DNA from: Alphaproteobacteria bacterium
Lineage (GTDB): Bacteria; Pseudomonadota; Alphaproteobacteria; Micavibrionales; Micavibrionaceae
Assembly: GCA_021741325.1 (NCBI GenBank)
Contig: JAIOYC010000001.1
Span: 3,906 to 67,905 of the forward strand
Direction: 5' to 3'
DNA length: 64,000 nucleotides
Part shown: positions 26,271 to 35,205 of the stretch, one piece after another
How the letters are laid out: each line of letters starts with the position of its first letter
Position numbering within the stretch: position 1 is the first letter of the stretch
Made by a program: the position numbers and the translations under genes
The notes under the pieces: generated by a model
What the model saw: the letters and a program-made list of their open reading frames with translations, nothing else
The model's database searches: none
What the model was told of the DNA's origin: nothing

Positions 26271-27173
26271 ATGAAAAAAAACACGATTCCAAAATTCCTG
26301 ATCAATGCTTTTTACGAGAGCAAGTTCAGTGACAACCTTTTCATCGTCAAGGCGGGCGGGAAGATTGTCGAGGACGATACGGCGCTGGACAGCCTGATCC
26401 GCGATATCCGCGATCTGACCTTGCACGGAATCAAGATTATTTTGGTCTATGGCGGCGGCCACGCGCTCGATGAAGCGGCGGCAGCGCGCGGCGTTCCGGT
26501 AGAGAAGCGGGACGGACGGAGAGTGACCAGCGCGGCTAGCATGGGCATTATGAAAGAAATCGTGGGTGGCGCGCTCTCGCTGCGGCTTTACCAGTCCATG
26601 GCACGCAACAATCTGGAAGGCCTGACCTTCAACGCCGTCCCGCCGGGCTGGATGAATGTAGAGCTTCGCCCGAAAGCCCCGGTCGATTTCGGTTTTGTAG
26701 GGGATATCCATGCCGTTCATGCCCGCCCTATCCGCCGCCTGCTCAAGACGGCGGATTTTATCGCCGTGCCCTGCCTGGCCTGGGCGCAGGATGCGCAAAC
26801 GCTCTGCAACATCAATGCCGACACCATCGCCACGGAACTGGCCATCGGCACACAGGCTGACAAGCTGATTTTCCTAAGTGACGTGGACGGGGTCCATATC
26901 GGCGGGCAGACCGCCTTTATCATCACGGCGGAAGAAATCCCCGCCCATATCCAAAGCGGCGCCGTCACAGGCGGCATGAAGGTGAAGCTGGAGAACTGCA
27001 AGCGGGCCATGGAGGCCGGCGTCCGGCGCATTCACCTGATCAACGGCCTGCGGGAGGACGCGCTGCGCAAGGAAATTTACGAACCCGTCGGTCCTGGTAC
27101 GATGCTGATGCAGGAGTCCGAGCGGGCAAGCTATATGACGGAAATCGAGACGCAAAAACTGATCGAGGGATAA
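26271..27173 (+). CDS. argB: acetylglutamate kinase (amino-acid kinase family)
   Basis: FIVKAGGKIVED, ILVYGGGHALDE, NINADTIA and GGMKVKL blocks. 300 aa with no fused acetyltransferase domain. Confidence 0.85.
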   Translation: MKKNTIPKFLINAFYESKFSDNLFIVKAGGKIVEDDTALDSLIRDIRDLTLHGIKIILVYGGGHALDEAAAARGVPVEKRDGRRVTSAASMGIMKEIVGGALSLRLYQSMARNNLEGLTFNAVPPGWMNVELRPKAPVDFGFVGDIHAVHARPIRRLLKTADFIAVPCLAWAQDAQTLCNINADTIATELAIGTQADKLIFLSDVDGVHIGGQTAFIITAEEIPAHIQSGAVTGGMKVKLENCKRAMEAGVRRIHLINGLREDALRKEIYEPVGPGTMLMQESERASYMTEIETQKLIEG

Positions 27174-27174
27174 C

Positions 27175-28374
27175 ATGACCGATAGCACCCAAAACATCAT
27201 CAATGAAACCAAAAACCTCCTGATCGAGACCTATGCCCCTCAGCCTGTTGTTCTGACCCATGGCGAGGGCGCGTATGTCTGGGACACGGACGGGAAGAAA
27301 TACCTGGATTTTGCAATCGGGATCGCCGTGGCGTCTCTGGGCCACGCGCCCCAAGCGGTTTTAAAGACGATCAACGATCAGGCCGCCAAAATGATGATCT
27401 GCCAGGCCTCTTACGCGACGGAGCCTAAACTGTGCGCGGCGAAACTCCTGACCGAAAACAGCTGCTTCGACCGCGTTTATTTCTGCAACAGCGGCACGGA
27501 ATCGGTCGAGGCCGCCTTGAAATGCGCGCGCAAATGGGCCTATGACGCCAAGGGCGAGCATTGCAACGAGATCATCGCGTTCCGGAACAGTTTCCACGGG
27601 CGCACGTACGGCGCGGCCAGCGTGACCGAAAAACGGATGAGCCAGCCTTATTTTGGCCCCTATATTCCCGGTGTTCATTTCGCAACCTTCAATGACCTAG
27701 ACTCCGTGAAGGCCTTGGTGAGTGAGAACACGGCAGCGATCATCGTGGAGCCCATTCAGGGTGAGGGTGGGCTGACTCCTGCCACGCAGGATTTCATGAA
27801 GGGCCTGCGCGCGTTGTGCGACGCGCATAAAATCGTCTTTATTCTTGATGAGGTCCAGGCCGGATCGGGCCGGATTGGAACACTCTTCGCCTATCCGCAA
27901 TTCGGAATAGAGCCTGATATCGCCTGTGTGGCCAAGGGACTTGGGGCGGGCTTTCCCGTGGGCGCGATGCTGGCGAAGGAAGAAGTCGGCCGTGCTATTG
28001 TGCCCGGGACGCACGGCACCACATTCGGGGGAAATCCCCTGGCGTGCGCCGTGGCGGCCACGGTCCTCACCGAGATGCTGAAAAAAGGCTTCATGGAGAA
28101 TGTGCAAAAAGTCAGCGCTTATTTCGTGGAGGGACTGAAGAAAATCCAGCGAGATTCCAACAAGATCACCGATATTCGCGGCATGGGCCTCATGATCGGT
28201 GTGGACACAACCATCGAGATCAAACAATTCATGCGCGCGCTGCAGAAAAACGGGCTCCTGACCACGCAGGCGGGCTCCAAAACTCTGCGGCTTACGCCCC
28301 CGCTGGTGATTACGCCAGCCCATGCGCAGGAAGCGCTGGATATTCTTGAAAAAACACTGCGCGAAGAAAGTTAA
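27175..28374 (+). CDS. argD: acetylornithine aminotransferase
   Basis: Class-III aminotransferase: ILDEVQAGSGRIGTLFA and PLP-Lys block DIACVAKGLGAGFPVGA. Starts 1 nt after the argB stop. Confidence 0.92.
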   Translation: MTDSTQNIINETKNLLIETYAPQPVVLTHGEGAYVWDTDGKKYLDFAIGIAVASLGHAPQAVLKTINDQAAKMMICQASYATEPKLCAAKLLTENSCFDRVYFCNSGTESVEAALKCARKWAYDAKGEHCNEIIAFRNSFHGRTYGAASVTEKRMSQPYFGPYIPGVHFATFNDLDSVKALVSENTAAIIVEPIQGEGGLTPATQDFMKGLRALCDAHKIVFILDEVQAGSGRIGTLFAYPQFGIEPDIACVAKGLGAGFPVGAMLAKEEVGRAIVPGTHGTTFGGNPLACAVAATVLTEMLKKGFMENVQKVSAYFVEGLKKIQRDSNKITDIRGMGLMIGVDTTIEIKQFMRALQKNGLLTTQAGSKTLRLTPPLVITPAHAQEALDILEKTLREES

Positions 28375-28378
28375 ATCC

Positions 28379-29293
28379 ATGCCCCCTCCCATCCGCCACT
28401 TCATCAACCTGCCTGACATTCCCCCTGAGACTCTCAAGGGCATTCTCGCCCACGCGCACGAGATGAAGCGCAGCAAGTTCCGCCCGCCCCAGATCTTCGA
28501 CGGTCTCTCCCTCGCCATGGTGTTTGACAAACGCTCCACCCGTACGCGCATGAGCTTCGAGGTCGCCATGAAGCAGCTCGGCGGTCACACGATCGTCATG
28601 AACGCGGAGGAAATGCAGATCACGGGATCGGAGAGCCTGGAGGACACGGCCAAGGTGCTTTCGCGTTTCGTGGACGGGGCCATGTTCCGGATCTCAAGTC
28701 ATGAGAAGATAGAGGAAATCGCGCGCCACGCCACGATCCCCATCATCAACGGCCTGACCGACCGATCCCATCCCTGCCAGATCATGGCCGATCTGATGAC
28801 CATCGAGGAAAAACTCGGAAGCGTACAGGGCCGGAAAATCGTCTGGCTGGGGGATTACAACAACGTGGCCATGACCTTCGCGCAGGCCGCCCCCGTATGG
28901 GATTTCGAGCTGGTGGTATCATGCCCGGCGGATCTCAAGCCGGAAGCGACAGCGGCGCACGTTGTTTATATCGAGGATGCTTCCAAGGCCGCCGCCGGGG
29001 CGGACGTCATCGTCACCGACACCTGGGTGTCCATGGGACAGGAAGGCAAATCCATTGAAAAATTCATGCCCTATCAGGTCAATCCGACGCTGATGAAAAA
29101 GGCGAAGAACGACGCCATCTTTATGCACTGCATGCCCATCCACCGGAACGAGGAAGTCACCGACGACGTGCTGGCCACGTCCGCCAGCGTCATCTACGAC
29201 GAGGCCGAAAACCGCCTGCACGCGCAAAAGGCCATTCTGGCCTGGTGCCTGGAGGAATCCGGCGTCTCGGTGCAGAAGAGCTTTGGGTTTTGA
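28379..29293 (+). CDS. argF: ornithine carbamoyltransferase
   Basis: The internal ATG 4 nt after the argD stop. STRTR, HPCQ, DTWVSMGQE and HCMP motifs. Confidence 0.92.
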   Translation: MPPPIRHFINLPDIPPETLKGILAHAHEMKRSKFRPPQIFDGLSLAMVFDKRSTRTRMSFEVAMKQLGGHTIVMNAEEMQITGSESLEDTAKVLSRFVDGAMFRISSHEKIEEIARHATIPIINGLTDRSHPCQIMADLMTIEEKLGSVQGRKIVWLGDYNNVAMTFAQAAPVWDFELVVSCPADLKPEATAAHVVYIEDASKAAAGADVIVTDTWVSMGQEGKSIEKFMPYQVNPTLMKKAKNDAIFMHCMPIHRNEEVTDDVLATSASVIYDEAENRLHAQKAILAWCLEESGVSVQKSFGF

Positions 29294-29408
29294 GCACCTC
29301 AGTTTTTATTAAGAAAATATATAAAGATCTTTATACAGAATTTATTGACAGATAGTTCCATTGTATATAGGGTTTTGCGCTATATAGAAATTCTATTTGG
29401 GGACAAAA

Positions 29409-29840
29409 ATGTTTGAAAGCAAACATTATGAAACAGGCTGGTTAAAGCCGATGACGGATTCAGACAAGAAGAACAACGAATCCTTCTTGAAGCAACACCG
29501 TCTTTCACAAAAATTTGTCGTATCAACCAGAATTGGCCACGCGAAAACAGATGAAGCCGTCTTAAACAGCGGTGACGACGTTTTTCCTATGTCTTCTTCT
29601 TGTAATCTGAAAGCCGAAAGATTGATGGCCAAAAATACAGAACTGAATAGACTGTCTCGGGCTAAAAACAGTCTTAAAATTTCTTTTACAACATTCGCCT
29701 GTGGCGGAGATGAAAAGGTTGAACGGGTCTACGATATCGCCTCCGTGGACAATATAGAGGCTCAAATCGCAACGCTCCGAGGAAACGAGACAATTATAAA
29801 ACAGAATGCCGCCATCCTCAAAAAGCTCGAAAATCGCTAG
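29409..29840 (+). CDS. orphan hypothetical protein in an AT-rich islet
   Basis: ATG at 29409 (the track used TTG at 29397). Upstream TTGACA (29345-29350)-N17-TAGGGT. No recognisable domain. Confidence 0.55.
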   Translation: MFESKHYETGWLKPMTDSDKKNNESFLKQHRLSQKFVVSTRIGHAKTDEAVLNSGDDVFPMSSSCNLKAERLMAKNTELNRLSRAKNSLKISFTTFACGGDEKVERVYDIASVDNIEAQIATLRGNETIIKQNAAILKKLENR

Positions 29841-29858
29841 AAGGGCCCCGCGCATTTC

Positions 29859-30713
29859 TTGATCCCCACCGTCCACATCATCTGCGGCCCAACGGCGGGG
29901 GGGAAGTCCGCCCGGGCGATAGAGTTGACCGCCCAGACAAACGGCGTTGTTATCAACGCGGATTCAATGCAGCTGTATGACGCCCTGCCGATTCTGACGG
30001 CGCAACCCTCTGCCGAAGACCGCCACGCCGCGCCGCACAGGCTTTACAGTGCCCTGCCTCCCGGGGCAACCTGCTCCGCGGGGGAGTGGCGTACGCGCGC
30101 AGCGGCGGAGATCGAAACAGCCTTCGCCGAGGGACGTACGCCCCTTATCGTGGGGGGCTCGGGCCTGTATATCTCCGCGCTCGTCAAGGGACTCTCCCCC
30201 ATGCCCCGGATTCCAGAAGACATCCGCCGCGCGGCCACACAAAAACAACAAGAGCTGGGGAATGCCGCCTTTCATACCGCGCTGGCCGCGCGCGATCCGG
30301 TCATGGCCGCCAGGCTGGACCCCGCCAACACGGCGCGCCTGATCCGCGCGTGGGAAGTTCTTGAGGCCACAGGACGAAGCCTTGCCGACTGGCAGGCGGA
30401 ACCGCCGGTCCCGCCGCCCGCCCACTGGCGCTTTGAAATCCATAAAATCATGCCGGAGCGGGAAACCCTCTACCGGAATTGCAACGCGCGTTTTGAGTGG
30501 ATGATGGAAAACGGAGTCATAGAGGAAGTGGAAAATTTCCTGACCCGCACGGATATTCCCGAAGACAGGCCGATCCGCAAGGCGCTGGGTCTACGACCTC
30601 TGCGAGATTATCTGGAAGGACGAATTTCCAGGGAAACGGCCATCACGCTGGCCCAGAACGAAACCCGGCACTACGCCAAACGGCAGGTCACCTGGTTCCG
30701 CCATCAGCTTTGA
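29859..30713 (+). CDS. miaA: tRNA dimethylallyltransferase
   Basis: P-loop IICGPTAGGKSARAIEL, 284 aa, non-ATG (TTG) start as in the track. Confidence 0.92.
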   Translation: MIPTVHIICGPTAGGKSARAIELTAQTNGVVINADSMQLYDALPILTAQPSAEDRHAAPHRLYSALPPGATCSAGEWRTRAAAEIETAFAEGRTPLIVGGSGLYISALVKGLSPMPRIPEDIRRAATQKQQELGNAAFHTALAARDPVMAARLDPANTARLIRAWEVLEATGRSLADWQAEPPVPPPAHWRFEIHKIMPERETLYRNCNARFEWMMENGVIEEVENFLTRTDIPEDRPIRKALGLRPLRDYLEGRISRETAITLAQNETRHYAKRQVTWFRHQL

Positions 30714-30988
30714 GTCTTCTTTCTCCACCTCTTTGAAGTGTGCGAGAGCGACCTGGAAACAGTCCTCTTCACTTTTCCTGGTCGAAGGGTCATTAAATAT
30801 TTTCAATCTCAATAATATAAAGTTTAATCGGATGTGATCTGAAAGGCACAAAACCACTCCTCTTACCTATTAATTTCTTATGTTAATGTAGTGTTTACCA
30901 TCTGCCCCTTACAGTATATCCATAAAACAAAGATTATACGCGCAACAGTTGCGTAGATCAGAAAAAACGGTTGTACGGGGAAGACATC

Positions 30989-31990
30989 ATGGCTCTGGGA
31001 GACAAAGAGCATAGCCGCCTTACAGGAGACGCCACCGGGCTGACCGGCGGCCTGCGCGGGTCTTTTGCGGCGGCCAACAAGTTGCCGTCCTCCGATCTGC
31101 CCACCTTTGAGGAGCTGACCGAGAAACGCCGCAACGATTACGCGCTGAACGGACTTCTCAACGGAGAGGGCGAAGCGGATTTCGCGGGCCTGATGGGCAG
31201 GTACGGCGTTGCGGAGAAGAGCTTTCACGGTGTGACCGAACACAAGCGGAAAGAAGAGGATTTCTACCGGATTTTGATACGGCAGGCTATACTGGAAAGC
31301 CTGCAACGGCTGAACGAGCACATCCAATGGTTGACGGATCAGATTGAGCTTCTGCGCCTGGATATCGCTGAAATCGATGCGGACATGGCCAAGAATACAG
31401 GCCGGATCGATGAAATCAAACTCAGGCGCGCCGCGGGGGAAGACGCCCTGTCCTATTTCAACAAATATGGCGTTCTGGAACGCAACCCGGACGGAACACT
31501 CAAGAACCCCCGCGCGCAAGCTCTTTTGGATGATTACAAGGCCCGGACCGGGAAAGAGCCGGAAGACGATTATATCGCGGCCTATTTTATACAAGAACAG
31601 CTTAAATTCGATAAAGCCGAAGAAGATGGTTGCCGGAAGGACAACGACCATCTCGAAGAGAAACGCACGGAAAAGGAAATCCTGCTGGAACAGATGGAAC
31701 GGGATAAAGACCGGTTTCTCCGGGAGCGGGACCGTATTCTGAAGATAGAGGATCCCGCAGAGCAGGCAAAGCAGATGGAAGCACTGAACACCCAATTCAG
31801 CCAAGCCGTTCTTGAAGCTGCACAAGACTCTTTGAACAGTGAAGACAAAGACCTAAAACAGGCTCTAGATGAAAAACCTCATAAAAACGAAACAATTGAA
31901 ACAAGCGCGGACGAGCTGTGGGCCCTGGAGGGTGAATCAAAATCAAATACTCTTACATCCACAAATCCCCTGAAACCGATGGGCCCTTGA
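30989..31990 (+). CDS. orphan, highly charged coiled-coil protein
   Basis: The ATG at 30989 lies inside the track ORF (30971). E/K/D/L-rich heptad-like sequence (..LQRLNEHIQWLTDQIELLRLDIAEIDADMAK..). The antisense ORF 30878-31825 looks like an F/L-rich shadow frame. Confidence 0.65.
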   Translation: MALGDKEHSRLTGDATGLTGGLRGSFAAANKLPSSDLPTFEELTEKRRNDYALNGLLNGEGEADFAGLMGRYGVAEKSFHGVTEHKRKEEDFYRILIRQAILESLQRLNEHIQWLTDQIELLRLDIAEIDADMAKNTGRIDEIKLRRAAGEDALSYFNKYGVLERNPDGTLKNPRAQALLDDYKARTGKEPEDDYIAAYFIQEQLKFDKAEEDGCRKDNDHLEEKRTEKEILLEQMERDKDRFLRERDRILKIEDPAEQAKQMEALNTQFSQAVLEAAQDSLNSEDKDLKQALDEKPHKNETIETSADELWALEGESKSNTLTSTNPLKPMGP

Positions 31991-31995
31991 AGAAA

Positions 31996-32577
31996 TTACT
32001 GTATTTCGAGTGACGTCAAAGTCACGCCCGGCGTGGAGGATTTGGGTAGATGCTCCCTATTTTCTTTTCCAAAGCTGCCATCTTCTATGTTTTGAATGGC
32101 TTTAATAGGTGTATATGAACCTTGGAGCTTATGATCTTCTACAATATAGAAAATTCCACCATCTTGTCTGATAAGGCTCGTGCTTATATAAGGTCCTTCA
32201 TAGCCTCCTGAAACCAAAGCCCCTGTCGGATCCTTGAATATAACCGCTGGAATTCCCTCTTTTCCCAGTTTTTTTGCAATTAACCGCCCAACACGCTCGG
32301 CTGGCAATTTCTCAAAATCTTCCTTCCCCTCTATGATATAAATAACAGCCACCTTATTTTTAGCCGCGTAATCCTTCGCGTCCGTAATTTTACCTGTGAG
32401 AACAGGAATGTTCTCGGCCGGCACCCCGATTGAGTCTGGGGATGATGCCGCCTGGAAAGGAAGGGAAACGGAGGAGGGGGAAGACGCAGGAGACGTCTTC
32501 GCCTCCAATGTGGTGGCTGAGAGAGTTAAGGCGACAGCCAACGCCGCCGCCGCCGTAAAGGCGCGCTTGATAGACAT
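31996..32577 (-). CDS. orphan secreted protein (Sec signal peptide)
   Basis: The internal ATG at 32577 gives MSIKRAFTAAAALAVALTLSATTLEA. It is convergent with the coiled-coil gene, with a 5-nt gap. Confidence 0.65.
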   Translation of the reverse strand: MSIKRAFTAAAALAVALTLSATTLEAKTSPASSPSSVSLPFQAASSPDSIGVPAENIPVLTGKITDAKDYAAKNKVAVIYIIEGKEDFEKLPAERVGRLIAKKLGKEGIPAVIFKDPTGALVSGGYEGPYISTSLIRQDGGIFYIVEDHKLQGSYTPIKAIQNIEDGSFGKENREHLPKSSTPGVTLTSLEIQ

Positions 32578-32765
32578 GAATTTCCCTGTTCTTTTATTGT
32601 TATTTTCGCGATTTATATCACGAGATGCTTCAAAAGGCAAGCTTTTGAGTCCCGAAAGTTGCGAAAGACCGGATTTCCGGGCGCGTCGGCGCAGGGATCC
32701 ATTGATGTGAAGGAAAATCGGTATAGATTGTTCCTCAGAATACTTATACCGGATAAGGAAAAACT

Positions 32766-33332
32766 ATGTTCATCCAGACGCAGGCTACGCCCAACCCCGC
32801 CACCGTCAAGTTTCTGCCGGGGCGCGATGTTCTGGCGCACGGCACCGCGGAGTTCAAATCGCCTGAATCCGCGGCGCGCTCCCCCTTGGCGCAGCGGCTT
32901 TTTGCGTTGCAGGGCGTGACCGGGGTGTTTTTTGGCGGCGACTTTGTGTCCGTTTCCAAGGCGGGAGACACCGACTGGTCCATGCTCAAGCCGATGGTTC
33001 TGGCGGCCCTGATGGAGCATTTCTCCCTGGACAGGCCCGTGATGCTTGACACCCCTACGCCCACAACCCCTGAAAATTCCGACAATGGCCCGGACAGCCC
33101 GCTCATCGCGCAAATTCGGGAGCTGATCGAAACCCGGGTGCGCCCGGCGGTCATGATGGACGGGGGCGATATCGTCTTTGAGAGCTTTGAAGATGGAATT
33201 GTGTACCTGCGCATGCAGGGGGCCTGCTCGGGCTGCCCCAGCTCCACCATGACCCTGAAATCCGGGATCGAGAACATGTTAAAGCACTATGTGCCGGAGG
33301 TTCTGGAGGTTCGCGCCGCGCCTTCCTCTTAA
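32766..33332 (+). CDS. NifU/Nfu-type Fe-S cluster scaffold/carrier protein
   Basis: MFIQTQATPNPATVKFLPG (Nfu N-terminal domain) and C-terminal GACSGCPSSTMTLK CxxC motif. Confidence 0.9.
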   Translation: MFIQTQATPNPATVKFLPGRDVLAHGTAEFKSPESAARSPLAQRLFALQGVTGVFFGGDFVSVSKAGDTDWSMLKPMVLAALMEHFSLDRPVMLDTPTPTTPENSDNGPDSPLIAQIRELIETRVRPAVMMDGGDIVFESFEDGIVYLRMQGACSGCPSSTMTLKSGIENMLKHYVPEVLEVRAAPSS

Positions 33333-33384
33333 AAAAACCCAGATTTCTTGCTCTTTTACGCAATTCGTATTATAAAGCGGCACC

Positions 33385-34770
33385 ATGAAGAGCACGCCCG
33401 CCCTTTCCGCCAAAGACCCCCATGCCCCGGCTGATTCTCCGGTGATCGGCATGGTGTCTTTGGGCTGCCCGAAGGCCCTCGTGGATTCCGAGCGCATCCT
33501 CACCAAGCTTCGCGCCGACGGCTACCGCTTCACGGACACGCATGAGGGCGCGGATCTGGTGATCGTCAATACGTGCGGATTCCTCGACAGCGCCAAGGCG
33601 GAATCCCTGCATGCGATCGGGGAAGCCATGAACGCCAACGGCCGTGTCATCGTGACGGGCTGCATGGGCGCGGAACCCGAACAGATTGAACGCGAACACC
33701 CCAAGGTTCTGGCGGTCACCGGCCCCCAGCAATACGAGCAGGTCGTAAAGGCCGTCCATACGCACCAGCCGATTGTGCACAATCCCTATATTGACCTGGT
33801 GCCGCAATCCTACGAAGAAGCCGGAATCAAGCTCACCCCGCGCCATTACGCCTATTTAAAAATTTCAGAAGGCTGCAACAACCGTTGCAGCTTTTGCATT
33901 ATCCCCTCCCTGCGGGGCGACCTGGTCAGCCGGCCCGTGCACCGCGTGCTTTATGAGGCCGAGCAGCTCGCCGCTTCCGGTGTGAAAGAACTTCTGGTCA
34001 TTTCGCAAGACACCAGCGCTTACGGCGTGGATCTCAAATATGCGCAAAGTCCGTGGAAAGGCGGAAAAGTCGCCGCGAAGTTTTATGATCTGTGCGAGGA
34101 ACTGGGAAAGCTCGGCATCTGGGTGCGCCTGCACTACGTGTATCCCTATCCGCATGTCGACTCTGTGATCCCGCTGATGGCGGAGGGTAAAATTCTTCCC
34201 TATCTGGACATCCCGTTCCAGCATGCCAGCCCTTCGGTTCTCAAGGCGATGCGCCGGCCCGCCGCGCAGGAAAAAACACTGGAGCGTATTCGCAGATGGC
34301 GTGAAATCTGCCCGGAACTGACCATCCGTTCCAGCTTTATCGTCGGCTTCCCCGGCGAAACCGAAGAAGATTTTGAATTTCTCCTGAACTGGCTGGACGA
34401 AGCCCAAATCGACCGCGCGGGCGCGTTCAAGTACGAACCGGTGAAGGGTGCCCGCTCCAACGATCTGGAGGGCCATGTGCCCGAGGAGATCAAGGACATA
34501 CGCTGGGAACGCTTCATGGAAAAGCAGCAGGATATCGCCGCGCGCGCGTCCCAGGCAAAGATCGGAAAAACACTGGAATGCATTATCGACGATGTCAGCG
34601 AGCCCGATGAGAACGGCCTGTGCGGCGCGGACGCGCGTTCCAAGGCCGATGCTCCCGAGATCGACGGGGCCGTGTATATACGGGACATCGCCGGCGCGAA
34701 ACCCGGCGACATCGTGTCCGTCAAAATAGAGGACGCCGAGGATTACGACCTGTTCGGAGCCCCCGCATGA
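33385..34770 (+). CDS. rimO: ribosomal protein S12 methylthiotransferase
   Basis: Radical-SAM motif [16 protein letters not shown]-terminal UPF0004 Cys triad, C-terminal TRAM domain, 461 aa. Confidence 0.93.
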   Translation: MKSTPALSAKDPHAPADSPVIGMVSLGCPKALVDSERILTKLRADGYRFTDTHEGADLVIVNTCGFLDSAKAESLHAIGEAMNANGRVIVTGCMGAEPEQIEREHPKVLAVTGPQQYEQVVKAVHTHQPIVHNPYIDLVPQSYEEAGIKLTPRHYAYLKISEGCNNRCSFCIIPSLRGDLVSRPVHRVLYEAEQLAASGVKELLVISQDTSAYGVDLKYAQSPWKGGKVAAKFYDLCEELGKLGIWVRLHYVYPYPHVDSVIPLMAEGKILPYLDIPFQHASPSVLKAMRRPAAQEKTLERIRRWREICPELTIRSSFIVGFPGETEEDFEFLLNWLDEAQIDRAGAFKYEPVKGARSNDLEGHVPEEIKDIRWERFMEKQQDIAARASQAKIGKTLECIIDDVSEPDENGLCGADARSKADAPEIDGAVYIRDIAGAKPGDIVSVKIEDAEDYDLFGAPA

Positions 34771-35171
34771 TACAGGGCGAGGACAGAAAACTGACGGGGG
34801 AGCGTTTCGAGGAACTCTACGAAGCGCTAGATATTCTCTACATCCGTAACAATATCAGCGGACGCCTGCAGTTTTTGAAAGCATGGCCCGCCGTTGCCGC
34901 TCATGTGTTCGGCCAGGAGCTCATAGTAGCCGACACAGAGGGAACGGATGACCGGAAAGGCCGTGCGGTCCTGGAGGGCGAAGCCGAAAACCGCCGCGCC
35001 AGCTTGTTGATTTTGATGAAGAACCTGGAGGCAAAAAGCGCTTCCGACGGAGTCCTTCAAAAAGAATATGTCTCTGGAGTCGTTCAAACTCTTGGAATTG
35101 AAATAGCCCGAATTCTCTATGCAGAAAAAATCACAGAGCGTTTTACGCCGGATTTGAAACATTCCGGTTGA
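34767..35171 (+). CDS. hypothetical protein, translationally coupled to rimO (ATGA overlap)
   Basis: The in-frame ATG at 34767 overlaps the rimO stop. 134 aa, no recognisable motif. Confidence 0.5.
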   Translation: MIQGEDRKLTGERFEELYEALDILYIRNNISGRLQFLKAWPAVAAHVFGQELIVADTEGTDDRKGRAVLEGEAENRRASLLILMKNLEAKSASDGVLQKEYVSGVVQTLGIEIARILYAEKITERFTPDLKHSG

Positions 35172-35205
35172 TTTCAGGCGGCGCGCGCCCGATGATTCTT
35201 TTATC

